From a virus (taxonomy: Duplodnaviria; Caudoviricetes): a stretch of 64,000 bases of DNA. Made by a program: the position numbers and the translations under genes. The stretch lies in IMG/VR virus record IMGVR_UViG_3300036985_003045. The stretch is one strand, 5' to 3'. Shown here piece by piece: positions 28,070 to 38,432 of the stretch. The notes beneath the pieces are model-generated. The model was not told the DNA's origin. It did not search any database and was given only the letters and a program-made list of their open reading frames with translations. Every line of letters starts with the position of its first letter. Position 1 is the stretch's first letter.

Positions 28070-29050
28070 TTATCCCATGAACCAACTTAATGGAGCAGAT
28101 TTAGTCATTAGTTCATCTTCTAAATCTTTAATCTCATCAATTGCTTCTCTATATAGAGAATCACCATCTAGTGTAACACCACCCGGTAATTGAATACCGG
28201 AAAACTTTTTGATATTAGTTGCCCACATCTTTTTAAATAATGCAGTAGTATAATGTTTCAACCATAACTCTCCCCACATTCTAGGAGCAGTGACAGGATC
28301 TAAAGCACCATAACCATCAACCATTAGATATTGACCAATAAGAGCATCTGCTTGCCATTTAATATCAAGATATAGTTTGTTTGTAAATCTATTAAACCGA
28401 ATATCAGGTTTGGCATTAAGTTCAAAATCAAGCATTGACAAATGACTCATTACAGTTTTATAATAGATCATCGAGGTAGATGTTACATCATATAAATCGT
28501 GCAAACGTAATTGGTATTGCAAGTCAAACATATTCTTAGATGAAGATGCCTGTGCCATAGGAATAACTCTAGTCACACCATACAATAAATCAGGAAGTGT
28601 AATATATCTATTATCAAATACACCTTTAACTACTGGAGAAGTTGAACTTAATGTAGCAGAAATTATATCATTTGAAATAGTTTCTCCAGCAAGGAAATTA
28701 CCGGTTATATTAACTATAAGAAGAACATTTCCTGTAGATGTTCTTGATTCTGTTCTAGTACCTTCATCTAAAACTACAAATGCTGTAGCACCTGATGTTA
28801 CTCCAGTAACTTTAGTTGCATCACCAAAAGATTCAGCATTATTAGTTGTAAGATTTAACACAGAAGCAGTAATCATATATTTGGCATATACTTGTTCAAT
28901 ACCTTCTGGATGATATAATCTCCAATATTCTACTGCTTCATCAATACGATCTTCTAGTTGATCATCATCAACATTTATCTCAAGCACTGGTGCACCTAGT
29001 GCTCTCAAGGCATATTGTTTTAGACCTTCCCTTGTATTTACTGTTGCCAT
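28070..29050 (-). CDS. gp13: neck protein gp13 (with insertion)
   Basis: LRALGAPVLEINVDDDQLEDRIDEA...LPGGVTLDG. Confidence 0.95.
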   Translation of the reverse strand: MATVNTREGLKQYALRALGAPVLEINVDDDQLEDRIDEAVEYWRLYHPEGIEQVYAKYMITASVLNLTTNNAESFGDATKVTGVTSGATAFVVLDEGTRTESRTSTGNVLLIVNITGNFLAGETISNDIISATLSSTSPVVKGVFDNRYITLPDLLYGVTRVIPMAQASSSKNMFDLQYQLRLHDLYDVTSTSMIYYKTVMSHLSMLDFELNAKPDIRFNRFTNKLYLDIKWQADALIGQYLMVDGYGALDPVTAPRMWGELWLKHYTTALFKKMWATNIKKFSGIQLPGGVTLDGDSLYREAIDEIKDLEDELMTKSAPLSWFMG

Positions 29051-29079
29051 CTTACTATTCCAATAATTAGTTTTATATA

Positions 29080-29304
29080 CTATTTATTAAACACCACATT
29101 GAACATATTTTGGACTAATTCTTCTTCGTTGCTGATGTCTGAATCTGCTACTAATGTGTAACCTTTATTTGTATATACAGGTAATGAAGAATCATCTGGA
29201 TCATCAAGAATAATTTGATATTCAACGTATAACTGTTGAGGTATTTCGCCCATATCTATTCTATAAGAAATACTAATTAGTTTTTGTGTTTTTGTAATTG
29301 CCAT
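29080..29304 (-). CDS. hypothetical protein (possible fibre assembly factor)
   Basis: Small ORF directly after the S74-containing fibre gene. Confidence 0.55.
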   Translation of the reverse strand: MAITKTQKLISISYRIDMGEIPQQLYVEYQIILDDPDDSSLPVYTNKGYTLVADSDISNEEELVQNMFNVVFNK

Positions 29305-29305
29305 T

Positions 29306-32300
29306 TTAATTTCCTTTGTTTATAAGTTCTTTCAGTTCATCAATTTGTACTTGTTGTTCTTTGATTGCTTCAATAAGAAGACCAACCATATTTCCATAAG
29401 CAACAGAATAATTAGTGTCTTCTGAACCGATTACAGCTTCTGGTAATACTTCTAGAACTTCTTGTGCGATAACACCTGTTTGTCTATCGCATTCCATATC
29501 TGTTCTGTCAAATGTATAACCATTAAGTTTCTTTACTTTTTCTAGTGCATTATCAATTTTTAGTATATTAGTTTTATGTCTTTTATCTGAAAATGCAGTT
29601 ATATTGCCACTAGCAACAACTGTTCCTTGTGCAGTTACTGTAAATATAGCACCACCTCCACCATTACCTATTACAAGGGTATTTGATGCCCCTGTGGTGC
29701 CGTTATCCCAATTTAGATAAACTGCAGCCGTTGCACCTGAATTAAAATGTAAGTTTGGTGTGTATCTAAATACACCATTCGGTGCTGCCCCTGTTAATTG
29801 AGATGCTGTTGTGGCAGTGGCAGCGTTGCCTGTGCAAGAAGCTGATGAACCTGTGACGCTTATGCCCCAAGAACCAGAAGCACTACCTCCAGTTAATGTA
29901 GGTGAGTATGAAGTATAATTTCCTGAGTCTAAAACAGTTCTCCAAGATTGCCAAGTGCCGCTATTTTTACCCCGAACGGCAATTTGACCTGTTCTGAAAT
30001 CACCATTTATTTGATGTTGCCATGAAGCGTCGTGTGTTGAACAATAAACACCGCCATCTGTTTGCCCAAATAAAGAGTAACCTGTAGAATAACCTATTCC
30101 ATTTGTGCCTTGTGTATCAACAGCAAAAGAAGATGAACTGCTAGAGTTCTTAAATGCTATACCATCAATGTTATCTGCACTTGTAGCAGTAGCAGCATTA
30201 CCATTATATTGCGATCCGTTACTGCTTATTTGGTATGTTCCTCCATTTAGATAAATAGTGCCGTTGTTGTAGTAATTTAAATACATTACTTTACCAACAC
30301 CACCATCAATATGTATATTACCATCTGTCGCTTGTACGGTTGCGATATTAGCTACACCAGAACCAGCACCATTTCCACCAAGTTGTATTTTTGCTCCCCA
30401 AGTTGCATTGGGTTGAGTTAGGAAAGTAGCGTTTTGAGATGCTGTAGCAGTAGCAGCGTTGCCTGTACAAGAAGCTGAAGAACCTGTGACGTTACCTCCA
30501 GCAGTTATGTTTGTTCCTGAAATAGAGCCAGCAGAAGATATATTATTTCCTGCCATTGATAATGGAGAAAAGGTTGTTCCAGCAGTATCAATACTAGAAA
30601 ATGCAATGCCTGTGCCTTCGTCAAATCGCATCATTTGACCAGTTAATGTAGTATTTACTCTAGGAAATGACCCACTACTATTGCTTCTGTTTCTTGCAAT
30701 ACCCCCAGCAGTCCAAGTTGCTGCTGGTTCTGAAGCCCATAAATATAAATAAGCATCTCCATTTGCGGCACCATTGTTACCTGCGGGTAGACCTACCTTT
30801 AGGTTTTGTCCATGTGTAAAATTGAATGAGCTATTTCCATAGCTTGTTACCGTACCACCTGATTGGTTTGTAGCTGTTGTAGCAGTCGCAGCGTTGCCTG
30901 TGCAAGATGCTGATGAACCAGTAGTATTTTGGTTAAGTGTTGGGAACGTGCAATTAGTCAGTGTTCCTGAAGATGGAGTACCTAATGCTCCACCTGTAGA
31001 ATATTTACCATTAAAAGTATTCCAATCAGTTGAAGTTAAATATCCAGAAGCAGAAGTAGTTGCGGCAGGAATACCTATAGAAACTGCGCCAGAACCGTTA
31101 TATGAAGTACCAGTTAAAGGAGCGCTAATAGTTAAAGCATTAAGATTAGATCCTAATGATATACCTGAAATTGTACTAGCAGCAAGTTTAGAAACTGCTA
31201 TTGCTGCTGAAATACTAATATCTCCATTAACAATGGTACCTTCAGCAATCATTGTACTAGTTACAGTACCTGTATCTCCTGTAGTAATTATAGTTCCACT
31301 TACATCTGGAACTGATAATGTTCTAGTAGTTGCTGTAGTTATACTTGATAATTGAAACTGTAATTTTTTAGTACCATCTGTTTCATCAATGAAATATGTT
31401 GTGCTATCAGATAATGATTTATTTGTAAGAGTCTGTGCAGTGGTTTTATCAACTGTTGTTGCAGTGTCTATTGCAATTGTTACGCCGGCAGAACCATTAT
31501 AGGTGGTACCTGATAATCCAGTGCCAATAGTTAATGCATTTAAATTTGAACCAAGAGATATACCTGAAATTGTGCTTGAAACTAACTTTGTAATTGCAAT
31601 CGAACCTGCTAACATTGTATTAGTAACAGAACTTGTATCACCTGTTGTTACAATTGTTCCAGTAACTGCCGGTATTGTAAGAATTGTTCCAGTACCAACT
31701 GCGGCAGTAGGAACTAATTGAACTGTACCAGAAGTAGATCCAGGAAGAGTTACACTGGATATACCTGTTAATGCAAGATTAGCACTTGCTCTATTTAAGG
31801 TGACTGAAGTTGTACCAATATAATTGGTAGAATTACCTAATACTGTATTTGAAATAGTGCCTGTTAAATTTCCAGCAGTAGTATAGTATGATCCATGTTG
31901 CCCATCTAAATAATCTGAATTTAAATTAGATACAAGAGTAGTAGAAGTAACTGTTAATGGTGCAGTTCCAGTAGCAATTGTAGAAGTTAATGAACCAACT
32001 TTTAATGGAGCATATGTTACACTTGTAAAATCAAGAGTAGATCCTGTGGGTTCCCCAACCATTCCACTGAAAAGTTTCCAAATACCATTATCAGAAGCAT
32101 CTCTAACTAATCCAGTATGTAAATGAGTTCCTGTATTATAAGCTCCAACTATACCTAAATCAGTAATATCTGCAACATTATTATCACCAATGTAAATTAA
32201 TGGATCATTAATAACTAATTCTGTTGCTGATAACTGAGTAGATCCACCACCAAAAGTAATACTACCAGTAACATATAAATTGTTTTCTATTGTAGTAGTA

Positions 32301-32845
32301 CCTGTATGGGCAGTACTACCGATAGAAATAGCAGTTGCTGCTCCACCAATATTAATAGTTGTGGCAGTAGTGTTTAATAAATTAAAAGTGGTACTACCTG
32401 TGGTTAAACTGGTTGTAACTGCCGGAGAGGTAAGGGTTTTATTAGTAAGAGTCTGAATACCAGTAAGAGTTGCAACAGTAGAATCTATCGCAATAGTAAC
32501 TGCAGAAGAACCATTATAGGAAGTACCTGATAAACCAGTACTAATAGTTAAGGCATTTGGATTTGATGCAGTAATTGTTGCAGATCCACCTAAACTAATA
32601 GATGATCCATTTACAGTAATTGAACTATTTGTTAATTTGGCATTAGCAATCGAACCTGCTAACATTGTATTAGTAACAGAACCTGTATCACCAGTTGTTA
32701 CTGCGGTTCCAGTTACAGCAGGCAGTGTTAAAGTATTTGATCCTGCAGTAGCAGTTGCTAAAACAGTAATAGTACCAGATGTTGATCCAGTTAATTTAAG
32801 ATTAGGTGTAATTGCCCCATTCTTTACTACAAACTCGTTTGCCAT
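29306..32845 (-). CDS. long fibre protein with C-terminal peptidase S74 intramolecular chaperone
   Basis: Thr/Gly/Ser-rich repeats, LDGQHGSYY motif, FSDKRHKTNI...GVIAQEV...VAYGNMVGLLIEAIKE. Confidence 0.9.
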   Translation of the reverse strand: MANEFVVKNGAITPNLKLTGSTSGTITVLATATAGSNTLTLPAVTGTAVTTGDTGSVTNTMLAGSIANAKLTNSSITVNGSSISLGGSATITASNPNALTISTGLSGTSYNGSSAVTIAIDSTVATLTGIQTLTNKTLTSPAVTTSLTTGSTTFNLLNTTATTINIGGAATAISIGSTAHTGTTTIENNLYVTGSITFGGGSTQLSATELVINDPLIYIGDNNVADITDLGIVGAYNTGTHLHTGLVRDASDNGIWKLFSGMVGEPTGSTLDFTSVTYAPLKVGSLTSTIATGTAPLTVTSTTLVSNLNSDYLDGQHGSYYTTAGNLTGTISNTVLGNSTNYIGTTSVTLNRASANLALTGISSVTLPGSTSGTVQLVPTAAVGTGTILTIPAVTGTIVTTGDTSSVTNTMLAGSIAITKLVSSTISGISLGSNLNALTIGTGLSGTTYNGSAGVTIAIDTATTVDKTTAQTLTNKSLSDSTTYFIDETDGTKKLQFQLSSITTATTRTLSVPDVSGTIITTGDTGTVTSTMIAEGTIVNGDISISAAIAVSKLAASTISGISLGSNLNALTISAPLTGTSYNGSGAVSIGIPAATTSASGYLTSTDWNTFNGKYSTGGALGTPSSGTLTNCTFPTLNQNTTGSSASCTGNAATATTATNQSGGTVTSYGNSSFNFTHGQNLKVGLPAGNNGAANGDAYLYLWASEPAATWTAGGIARNRSNSSGSFPRVNTTLTGQMMRFDEGTGIAFSSIDTAGTTFSPLSMAGNNISSAGSISGTNITAGGNVTGSSASCTGNAATATASQNATFLTQPNATWGAKIQLGGNGAGSGVANIATVQATDGNIHIDGGVGKVMYLNYYNNGTIYLNGGTYQISSNGSQYNGNAATATSADNIDGIAFKNSSSSSSFAVDTQGTNGIGYSTGYSLFGQTDGGVYCSTHDASWQHQINGDFRTGQIAVRGKNSGTWQSWRTVLDSGNYTSYSPTLTGGSASGSWGISVTGSSASCTGNAATATTASQLTGAAPNGVFRYTPNLHFNSGATAAVYLNWDNGTTGASNTLVIGNGGGGAIFTVTAQGTVVASGNITAFSDKRHKTNILKIDNALEKVKKLNGYTFDRTDMECDRQTGVIAQEVLEVLPEAVIGSEDTNYSVAYGNMVGLLIEAIKEQQVQIDELKELINKGN

Positions 32846-34278
32846 CTCATTTCCCTATCCACGAGATTAAAATTATACAACTATTGTTGTTCTTGATATA
32901 TTTATAGTTGCTGAAGTTACTGATCCCATTGTTACTAGTAATCTAACATTACCTGTATTAATATCTGTAGCAAATGTTCCAAGTGAACCATTAGTATTCA
33001 TCATACCGTATTCAGTCATAGTAGTAGTTGTGCCATTATGAATAACAAGGATTTCTGAAACTTGATAATTTGTTCCTTGTGTTATTTGTACAATGTATTT
33101 TGCAGTTCTATAAGTAGCAATAGCAAATGTATCTACTGCAGTTTGAGATATCGTTGCAACTGTTGTTTGGATTACATTTTCATTTGCAATTGTTGTAGAA
33201 CCAGTTTTCTTATCAAATGCATTTAATGATTTATTTGATAATGTTTGAGCCCCAGTTAAAGTAACAACAGTAGAATCTATGGCAATAGTTACTGCAGAAG
33301 AACCATTATAGGAAGTACCTGATAAACCAGATCCGATAGTTAATGTATTAAGATTAGATCCAAGTGTAATACCAGAAATAGTACTAGCAGCAAGTTTAGA
33401 AACTGCTATTGCTGCTGAAGCATTGATGTCTGTATTAACTATAGTACCATCTAAAATCATAGTAGATGTTACAGAACCTGTATCTCCACTTGTTATTATA
33501 GTACCAGTAACTGCAGGTATTGTAAGAACTGTTCCAGTACCAACTGCGGCAGTAGGTATTAATTGGACTGTCCCTGAAGTGCTCCCAGGTAATGTAACTG
33601 AACTTATACCAGTTAATGCAAGGTTAGCAGTTGTTCTATTAATATCAACTGATGTAGTACCAATAAACATTGTTTGAGAAGGAGAGGCATAATCAGTACC
33701 TGCAGTAGCAGCACTTATTGCTGTTCCATTTCCTTTCAATATTCCAGTAATAGAAGTTGTTAAGGTAATAGCAGGAGTAGAAGTACTTGTTGCTACTGTA
33801 CCGGCAAAACCATTAGCAGATACAACAGAAACAGAAGTTACACTACCTGTACCACCCAATAAATTTGTACCAACACTACCGAGACTTGCAGTTAAATCGA
33901 TATAAACACCACGATTAGTTCCACCATCTTCCCAAATACGCAACTTGTTTTGATAGATGTCTATTCTCACCCCTGTCCCGCCAATGGTGCTATTGGTTTG
34001 AGGTTTTGACAATAGAATTTCACCTCCCTCATCGCCACTAGAATATGAGCTAACAAGATTTCCTGTAGAAGTTACAGAAGAACCAGTAATAGCAGCAGGG
34101 GTAGTTCCACCAATAATACAGTTGTTTAATGTACCTCCTGAAATGGTACTTGTATTAATTGTAGGGGAGGTAAGGGTTTTATTAGTAAGAGTTTGAGAAC
34201 CTGTTAATGTAGCAACAGTAGAATCTATTGCAATAGTTACTGCAGAAGAACCATTATAGGAAGTACCTGATAAACCAG
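32499..34278. repeat. identical 40-bp direct repeat in three copies across two fibre genes
   Basis: actgcagaagaaccattataggaagtacctgataaaccag at 32499-32538, 33291-33330 and 34239-34278. Confidence 0.9.
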
Positions 34279-34453
34279 TACCGATAGTTAACGCAGATGA
34301 AGTTACATTTAAAGATTTAATTACATTGGATGCATTTTTAAAATACAGTTTTTCATCTGTATAATTTAATGCTAATTCACCGTAAGCTAAATCAGTAGTT
34401 AATGGGACTTTAGAAGCAACAGAAGACTTCTTTAATAGAACTGTATTTGCCAT
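32873..34453 (-). CDS. fibre protein (Mtd_N-like N terminus, YRTAKY-type C-terminal beta domain)
   Basis: LKKSSVASKVP...GELALNYTDEKLY; QTLTNKTL repeats. Confidence 0.75.
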   Translation of the reverse strand: MANTVLLKKSSVASKVPLTTDLAYGELALNYTDEKLYFKNASNVIKSLNVTSSALTIGTGLSGTSYNGSSAVTIAIDSTVATLTGSQTLTNKTLTSPTINTSTISGGTLNNCIIGGTTPAAITGSSVTSTGNLVSSYSSGDEGGEILLSKPQTNSTIGGTGVRIDIYQNKLRIWEDGGTNRGVYIDLTASLGSVGTNLLGGTGSVTSVSVVSANGFAGTVATSTSTPAITLTTSITGILKGNGTAISAATAGTDYASPSQTMFIGTTSVDINRTTANLALTGISSVTLPGSTSGTVQLIPTAAVGTGTVLTIPAVTGTIITSGDTGSVTSTMILDGTIVNTDINASAAIAVSKLAASTISGITLGSNLNTLTIGSGLSGTSYNGSSAVTIAIDSTVVTLTGAQTLSNKSLNAFDKKTGSTTIANENVIQTTVATISQTAVDTFAIATYRTAKYIVQITQGTNYQVSEILVIHNGTTTTMTEYGMMNTNGSLGTFATDINTGNVRLLVTMGSVTSATINISRTTIVV

Positions 34454-34475
34454 TGTGATTCCTAAAAAGGATTAA

Positions 34476-34501
34476 TAAAAAGGGGGAGTAATAACTCCCC
34501 T
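34476..34501 (-). terminator. rho-independent terminator inside the fibre cluster
   Basis: GGGGAGU-UAUU-ACUCCCC followed by C and U5. Confidence 0.85.
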
Positions 34502-34512
34502 GAATAATATTA

Positions 34513-37092
34513 TTAGTATGTACCGCCGTCGATATTAAATCCGTCTAAAGTAGATGTACCATTACCTGCTCCGGTAATATTAGTGCCAACATATATTGCT
34601 TTAGCAACTGATAAACCTCCACTTAATACAACTGGAGCAGTTCCAAGCGCAGAAGCGTCGGTAACAGAAGTAAATGTTACATTACCAGAAGCAGCAACAG
34701 TGGTACCACTAAAAGATGAAGTAGTAATTGTTTTATTGCTTAATGCCTCAGAACCTGCAAGAGTTGATAAAGTTCCAGTTGTAGGTAATGTAACAGAAGT
34801 TATAGCAGTTGCTGCAAGAGTAATAGCAAAAGCGCCACTAGTACTAAATGCACCAGCAGTAGAAATATTTCCACCTAGAGTAATTGTACTTGAATTAGCT
34901 ACGCCAGTTCCACCTTTAGCAGAAGCTATTACTGTTCCTGACCAAACACCTGTTGTAATAGTACCTAATGTAGTAATAGAAGATTGACCTACATAAGTAG
35001 AAGCAATATCTATACTATCAGCATTAATAGTAATTCTACTTGCAGTACCAACTATATCAAGAACACCGGAAGTTAATGTTAAACCACCTCCAGCAACAGA
35101 TGATTTTAATTGTAAATAATCAGCAGCAACTTCTATGCCGCCAGTAGCAGAAGCTTGTACAAAGAATGTTGTACCAGTTTGACCTAAACCATCACCGGCA
35201 GTATATGCACCAGCACCAGAGAATTGTACCCAAGATTGACTACTAAAACTTATTAAATAAGAATTTGATTGTACCCAACCTGTTTTAGCATATAGTGTAC
35301 CTTCTTGAATGAATATAGATGCACCTAATAACTCACTATATACATCAGCATCAGCAGATCTTGTTAACGTATAGTTAGCACCACTTTCAATATAATCGTA
35401 AATACCATTATCGGATGTTGTGATTTGTCCTAGTAGTAATAATCTATAAGTACTTTCTAATGCGCCATGACCATCAATATTCAACGCAGTCATAGAAGCA
35501 ATTGTACCAGTCAATGGTACATTTCCAATTGCTAATAAGTGTGCTGCTTGTTTCCAAGTTAAACCTGTTATTTTATTATCAACATAATCTCTTGTTACAG
35601 CGTCATTTCCAGTAGTTGGAGTTGCAAGATTTGTAATTCTTGCTCCATTAACATCAACAGTACCTGTACCATTTGGATCTAATGAAATATTACCATTAGT
35701 ATCAGTAGATGATATAGTATTACCATTAATATTAATATTATCAATAGCTAATTCAGTTAATCCAACAAGAGTTGTAGAGGTAGCACCTAAAGCAACAGAA
35801 GTAGAACCAAAGGTAACTGACGTATTAACAAGTGCACTATTACCAATATTGGTAAATGTATTGGTAGACCCACTAATTGATTTATTTGTTAATGTATCTG
35901 TTGTTGCTTTACCAACTAATGTATCTGTAGCAGCAGGTAATGTTAATATACCTGAAGCAGCACCATTTGTTGTTAAAGTAGTTTGCCCACTAACACTACC
36001 ATTAAAATTAATACCACCTGAAATACTAGGTGTAGTTGCTAATACAACTGTTGAACCAGTACCAGTATATGCAGTAATTGCATTACTATTAATACTAAAA
36101 CTATTGCCTGTACCGGCAGTATTAAAGGTTTTATTTGTAAATGTATCGGTTGTTGCTTTACCAACTAATGTATCTGTAGCAGCAGGTAGAGTTAATGAAT
36201 TAGAACCTGCAGTTGCAGTAGCTAAAACAGTAATAGTACCTGAAGATGAACCATTAAACTTTGCACCGGTAGCACCAATTGTTGGTAGTGTTAGTGTTTT
36301 ATTTTGTAGTGTTTGAGTATCTGCTAAAGTAACAACAGTAGTATCAATATCAAATGTAACAGTATTATTTGTTATTGTAGAAGTAAGGCCATTACCTCCT
36401 AAAAATATCAATGTATCTGATAATAAAGCAACTGCATCTGTTCCAGTATCACCGGAAATATTTAAATTAGATGCTACAGATGCCGTAGTTACAGTTGTAA
36501 GTTGTCCTTGAGCATTAACGGTAATTACAGGAATTGCCGTGGCAGACCCATATGTATTAGCACTTACAGTAGTATTTGTAATAGAAATTGTAGTTGTATT
36601 ACCACCATCGCTATTTGCAACTGTAATACCTGTACCGGCAGTAACTGCTCCGCCTACAGTATCGTAAATATATTCTGATAATGGAGTTGCATTATCACCA
36701 ATATATGGATTAGTGATAATGGTTTTACCAGTACCATTAGGTGTAAGAACAATATTACCATTAGTATCTGTAGAACTAATGGTATTTGTAGAACCTGTAA
36801 GGGTAATATTACCTACATTAATATTATTGATTTTACTATTAGAATCAATAACTATAGCAGATGATGCAGTAAGAGTTCCAGGAGATTGATCCAGCATGTC
36901 GGTAAAATATTTACCGCCTATAACATAATGGTTTGTAGCATTTCCTGCTGTTTCTGTACCTATACCAATATAAAGTCTATCGCCGCCATTACTGCCATTA
37001 TCGGTTAATGCTGAATACGCCATTTCGCCTGCGGCAAGAGCACTTGGATTCCCGCTGACTGTACTTCTTTTAATTCTTATGGTTGATGCCAT
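34513..37092 (-). CDS. fibre protein (Mtd_N-like N terminus, ends IDGGTY)
   Basis: IRIKRSTVSGNPSALAAGEMAY; internal TLPAATDTLVGKATTDT duplicated. Confidence 0.75.
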   Translation of the reverse strand: MASTIRIKRSTVSGNPSALAAGEMAYSALTDNGSNGGDRLYIGIGTETAGNATNHYVIGGKYFTDMLDQSPGTLTASSAIVIDSNSKINNINVGNITLTGSTNTISSTDTNGNIVLTPNGTGKTIITNPYIGDNATPLSEYIYDTVGGAVTAGTGITVANSDGGNTTTISITNTTVSANTYGSATAIPVITVNAQGQLTTVTTASVASNLNISGDTGTDAVALLSDTLIFLGGNGLTSTITNNTVTFDIDTTVVTLADTQTLQNKTLTLPTIGATGAKFNGSSSGTITVLATATAGSNSLTLPAATDTLVGKATTDTFTNKTFNTAGTGNSFSINSNAITAYTGTGSTVVLATTPSISGGINFNGSVSGQTTLTTNGAASGILTLPAATDTLVGKATTDTLTNKSISGSTNTFTNIGNSALVNTSVTFGSTSVALGATSTTLVGLTELAIDNININGNTISSTDTNGNISLDPNGTGTVDVNGARITNLATPTTGNDAVTRDYVDNKITGLTWKQAAHLLAIGNVPLTGTIASMTALNIDGHGALESTYRLLLLGQITTSDNGIYDYIESGANYTLTRSADADVYSELLGASIFIQEGTLYAKTGWVQSNSYLISFSSQSWVQFSGAGAYTAGDGLGQTGTTFFVQASATGGIEVAADYLQLKSSVAGGGLTLTSGVLDIVGTASRITINADSIDIASTYVGQSSITTLGTITTGVWSGTVIASAKGGTGVANSSTITLGGNISTAGAFSTSGAFAITLAATAITSVTLPTTGTLSTLAGSEALSNKTITTSSFSGTTVAASGNVTFTSVTDASALGTAPVVLSGGLSVAKAIYVGTNITGAGNGTSTLDGFNIDGGTY

Positions 37093-37108
37093 TTTTTAGT
37101 TATCTCCG

Positions 37109-37351
37109 TTAAAATTCGCCAGCTTCCATATCTTGTAAATCAAGATGTATGGTGGATGTCCATTTATTTGTAATAGAATTAAACACAAGCACAGAACCGT
37201 TTTGTATAATCGAGGTATCTACATTACCTATATCAGATATAGAACTAAGTATTGCAGGGTTTGCTAAATTACTAGAAACGTATGGTCCCGTATCATATCC
37301 AACCGATGCAGTTAAATAGTTTTGGTCTACTATTGCTATAATATCTGCCAT
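37109..37351 (-). CDS. small fibre-associated protein (ends MEAGEF)
   Basis: ISDIGNVD....NGSVLVFN....KW motif typical of fibre linkers. Confidence 0.6.
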   Translation of the reverse strand: MADIIAIVDQNYLTASVGYDTGPYVSSNLANPAILSSISDIGNVDTSIIQNGSVLVFNSITNKWTSTIHLDLQDMEAGEF

Positions 37352-37352
37352 A

Positions 37353-37691
37353 TTATATTTGGGTTATTTGTGGTGTTATTGTAGCTATGCCTTCAACTAC
37401 TCTTGTTTTTATTCCAGTACTTGTTTGTGTTATCTCAATATCATAAAGGTATCTACCAGGAGGTATTGCTCCGGATTCAGATGAAGTTAATTGGATACGA
37501 ACTTTACCTGCAACAGCATCATAAATTGTAGTATTAAAGTTAAAGGCAACAGATGAATTATACGATTTACGCATCTGTGATTTTGCTGTAAAACCAGTCA
37601 AATTTAGCGGTATAGTATTTGATGCTGCTACAGTAATTATGTTACTGTAATCAGCACCTGCATCTACAAATAGATTAGCAACCGTTGCCAT
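37353..37691 (-). CDS. Ig-like/BppU-N-like structural adaptor
   Basis: LNLTGFTAKSQMRKSY...GRYLYDIEI...RVVEGIATITP. Confidence 0.65.
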   Translation of the reverse strand: MATVANLFVDAGADYSNIITVAASNTIPLNLTGFTAKSQMRKSYNSSVAFNFNTTIYDAVAGKVRIQLTSSESGAIPPGRYLYDIEITQTSTGIKTRVVEGIATITPQITQI

Positions 37692-37712
37692 TTAAATCCT
37701 CTTTTTTATTTA

Positions 37713-38168
37713 TTAAGCAATACGAATTAAACCAGTAGTACTGTTATTTGTAGGCATTGTTAAAGTAAATGTACCTGATGTGATACTTTGTGGTGAGAAT
37801 GTAAATACACCAACAGCATTTTTACCTGCTACAGTTGAGTTATATATCAACAATGTATCAAAACCAGTAATAGTTACTCCTGTCCAAGTCATTGAACCTG
37901 AAGGAGTCCAATAAGTTGTGCCTAAAGTATTTGCTGGAGCAGAAGCATTTGCAATTGATACTCCTCCTGCAGTATAAGTACCAGTAGCAGAAACTTCACC
38001 TGAAGTTGTATAAGCGCCTGATGCTGAAGATAATGTAGCGGTTGCTAAGTATAATGCACCATAAAATGTATCTGCTGCAGCTTTACCACCTGTAGCAATA
38101 GAAAATGCATGAACTCCGTTCATTAAGTCAGTTTTGAAAGTATTGCATAAACCTGCAGTATTTGCCAT
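37713..38168 (-). CDS. virion structural protein (minor tail/collar-type beta protein)
   Basis: FKTDLMNG.H....ALY...YTTSGEV...Y.AGG...GTFTL pattern of a widespread phage structural family. Confidence 0.6.
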   Translation of the reverse strand: MANTAGLCNTFKTDLMNGVHAFSIATGGKAAADTFYGALYLATATLSSASGAYTTSGEVSATGTYTAGGVSIANASAPANTLGTTYWTPSGSMTWTGVTITGFDTLLIYNSTVAGKNAVGVFTFSPQSITSGTFTLTMPTNNSTTGLIRIA

Positions 38169-38186
38169 TTTTGTATTTCCTTAAAT

Positions 38187-38432
38187 TTAAAAAGTTGATT
38201 GTTCTACGCCAAGTTGTCCAAATGGATTATTTGTGTAAGTGTGAGCATTTGATTTTACTAATTCTTCATCTAAAAACCATTTTTCACTAAATAAAATATA
38301 TGCAGATTCTACAATCCATTCAGTTTTATATGTTAATGCTGCTTCTGGTATATTACCCTTTGAAGTATATATTAATGGTGCATCAGTTGGATTTGCATTT
38401 GCAATCGCAGCAGAATAGTCTATTTCATTCAT
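38187..38432 (-). CDS. hypothetical protein (81 aa)
   Basis: ORF preceded by a late promoter at 38460-38467. Confidence 0.6.
   Translation of the reverse strand: MNEIDYSAAIANANPTDAPLIYTSKGNIPEAALTYKTEWIVESAYILFSEKWFLDEELVKSNAHTYTNNPFGQLGVEQSTF

Noticed and set aside
29306-37092. Fibre repeats as a CRISPR array, DGR or invertible shufflon
   Set aside because: The repeats are in-frame, direct and irregularly spaced. There is no reverse transcriptase, adenine-specific variation, invertase or inverted crossover site in the window.
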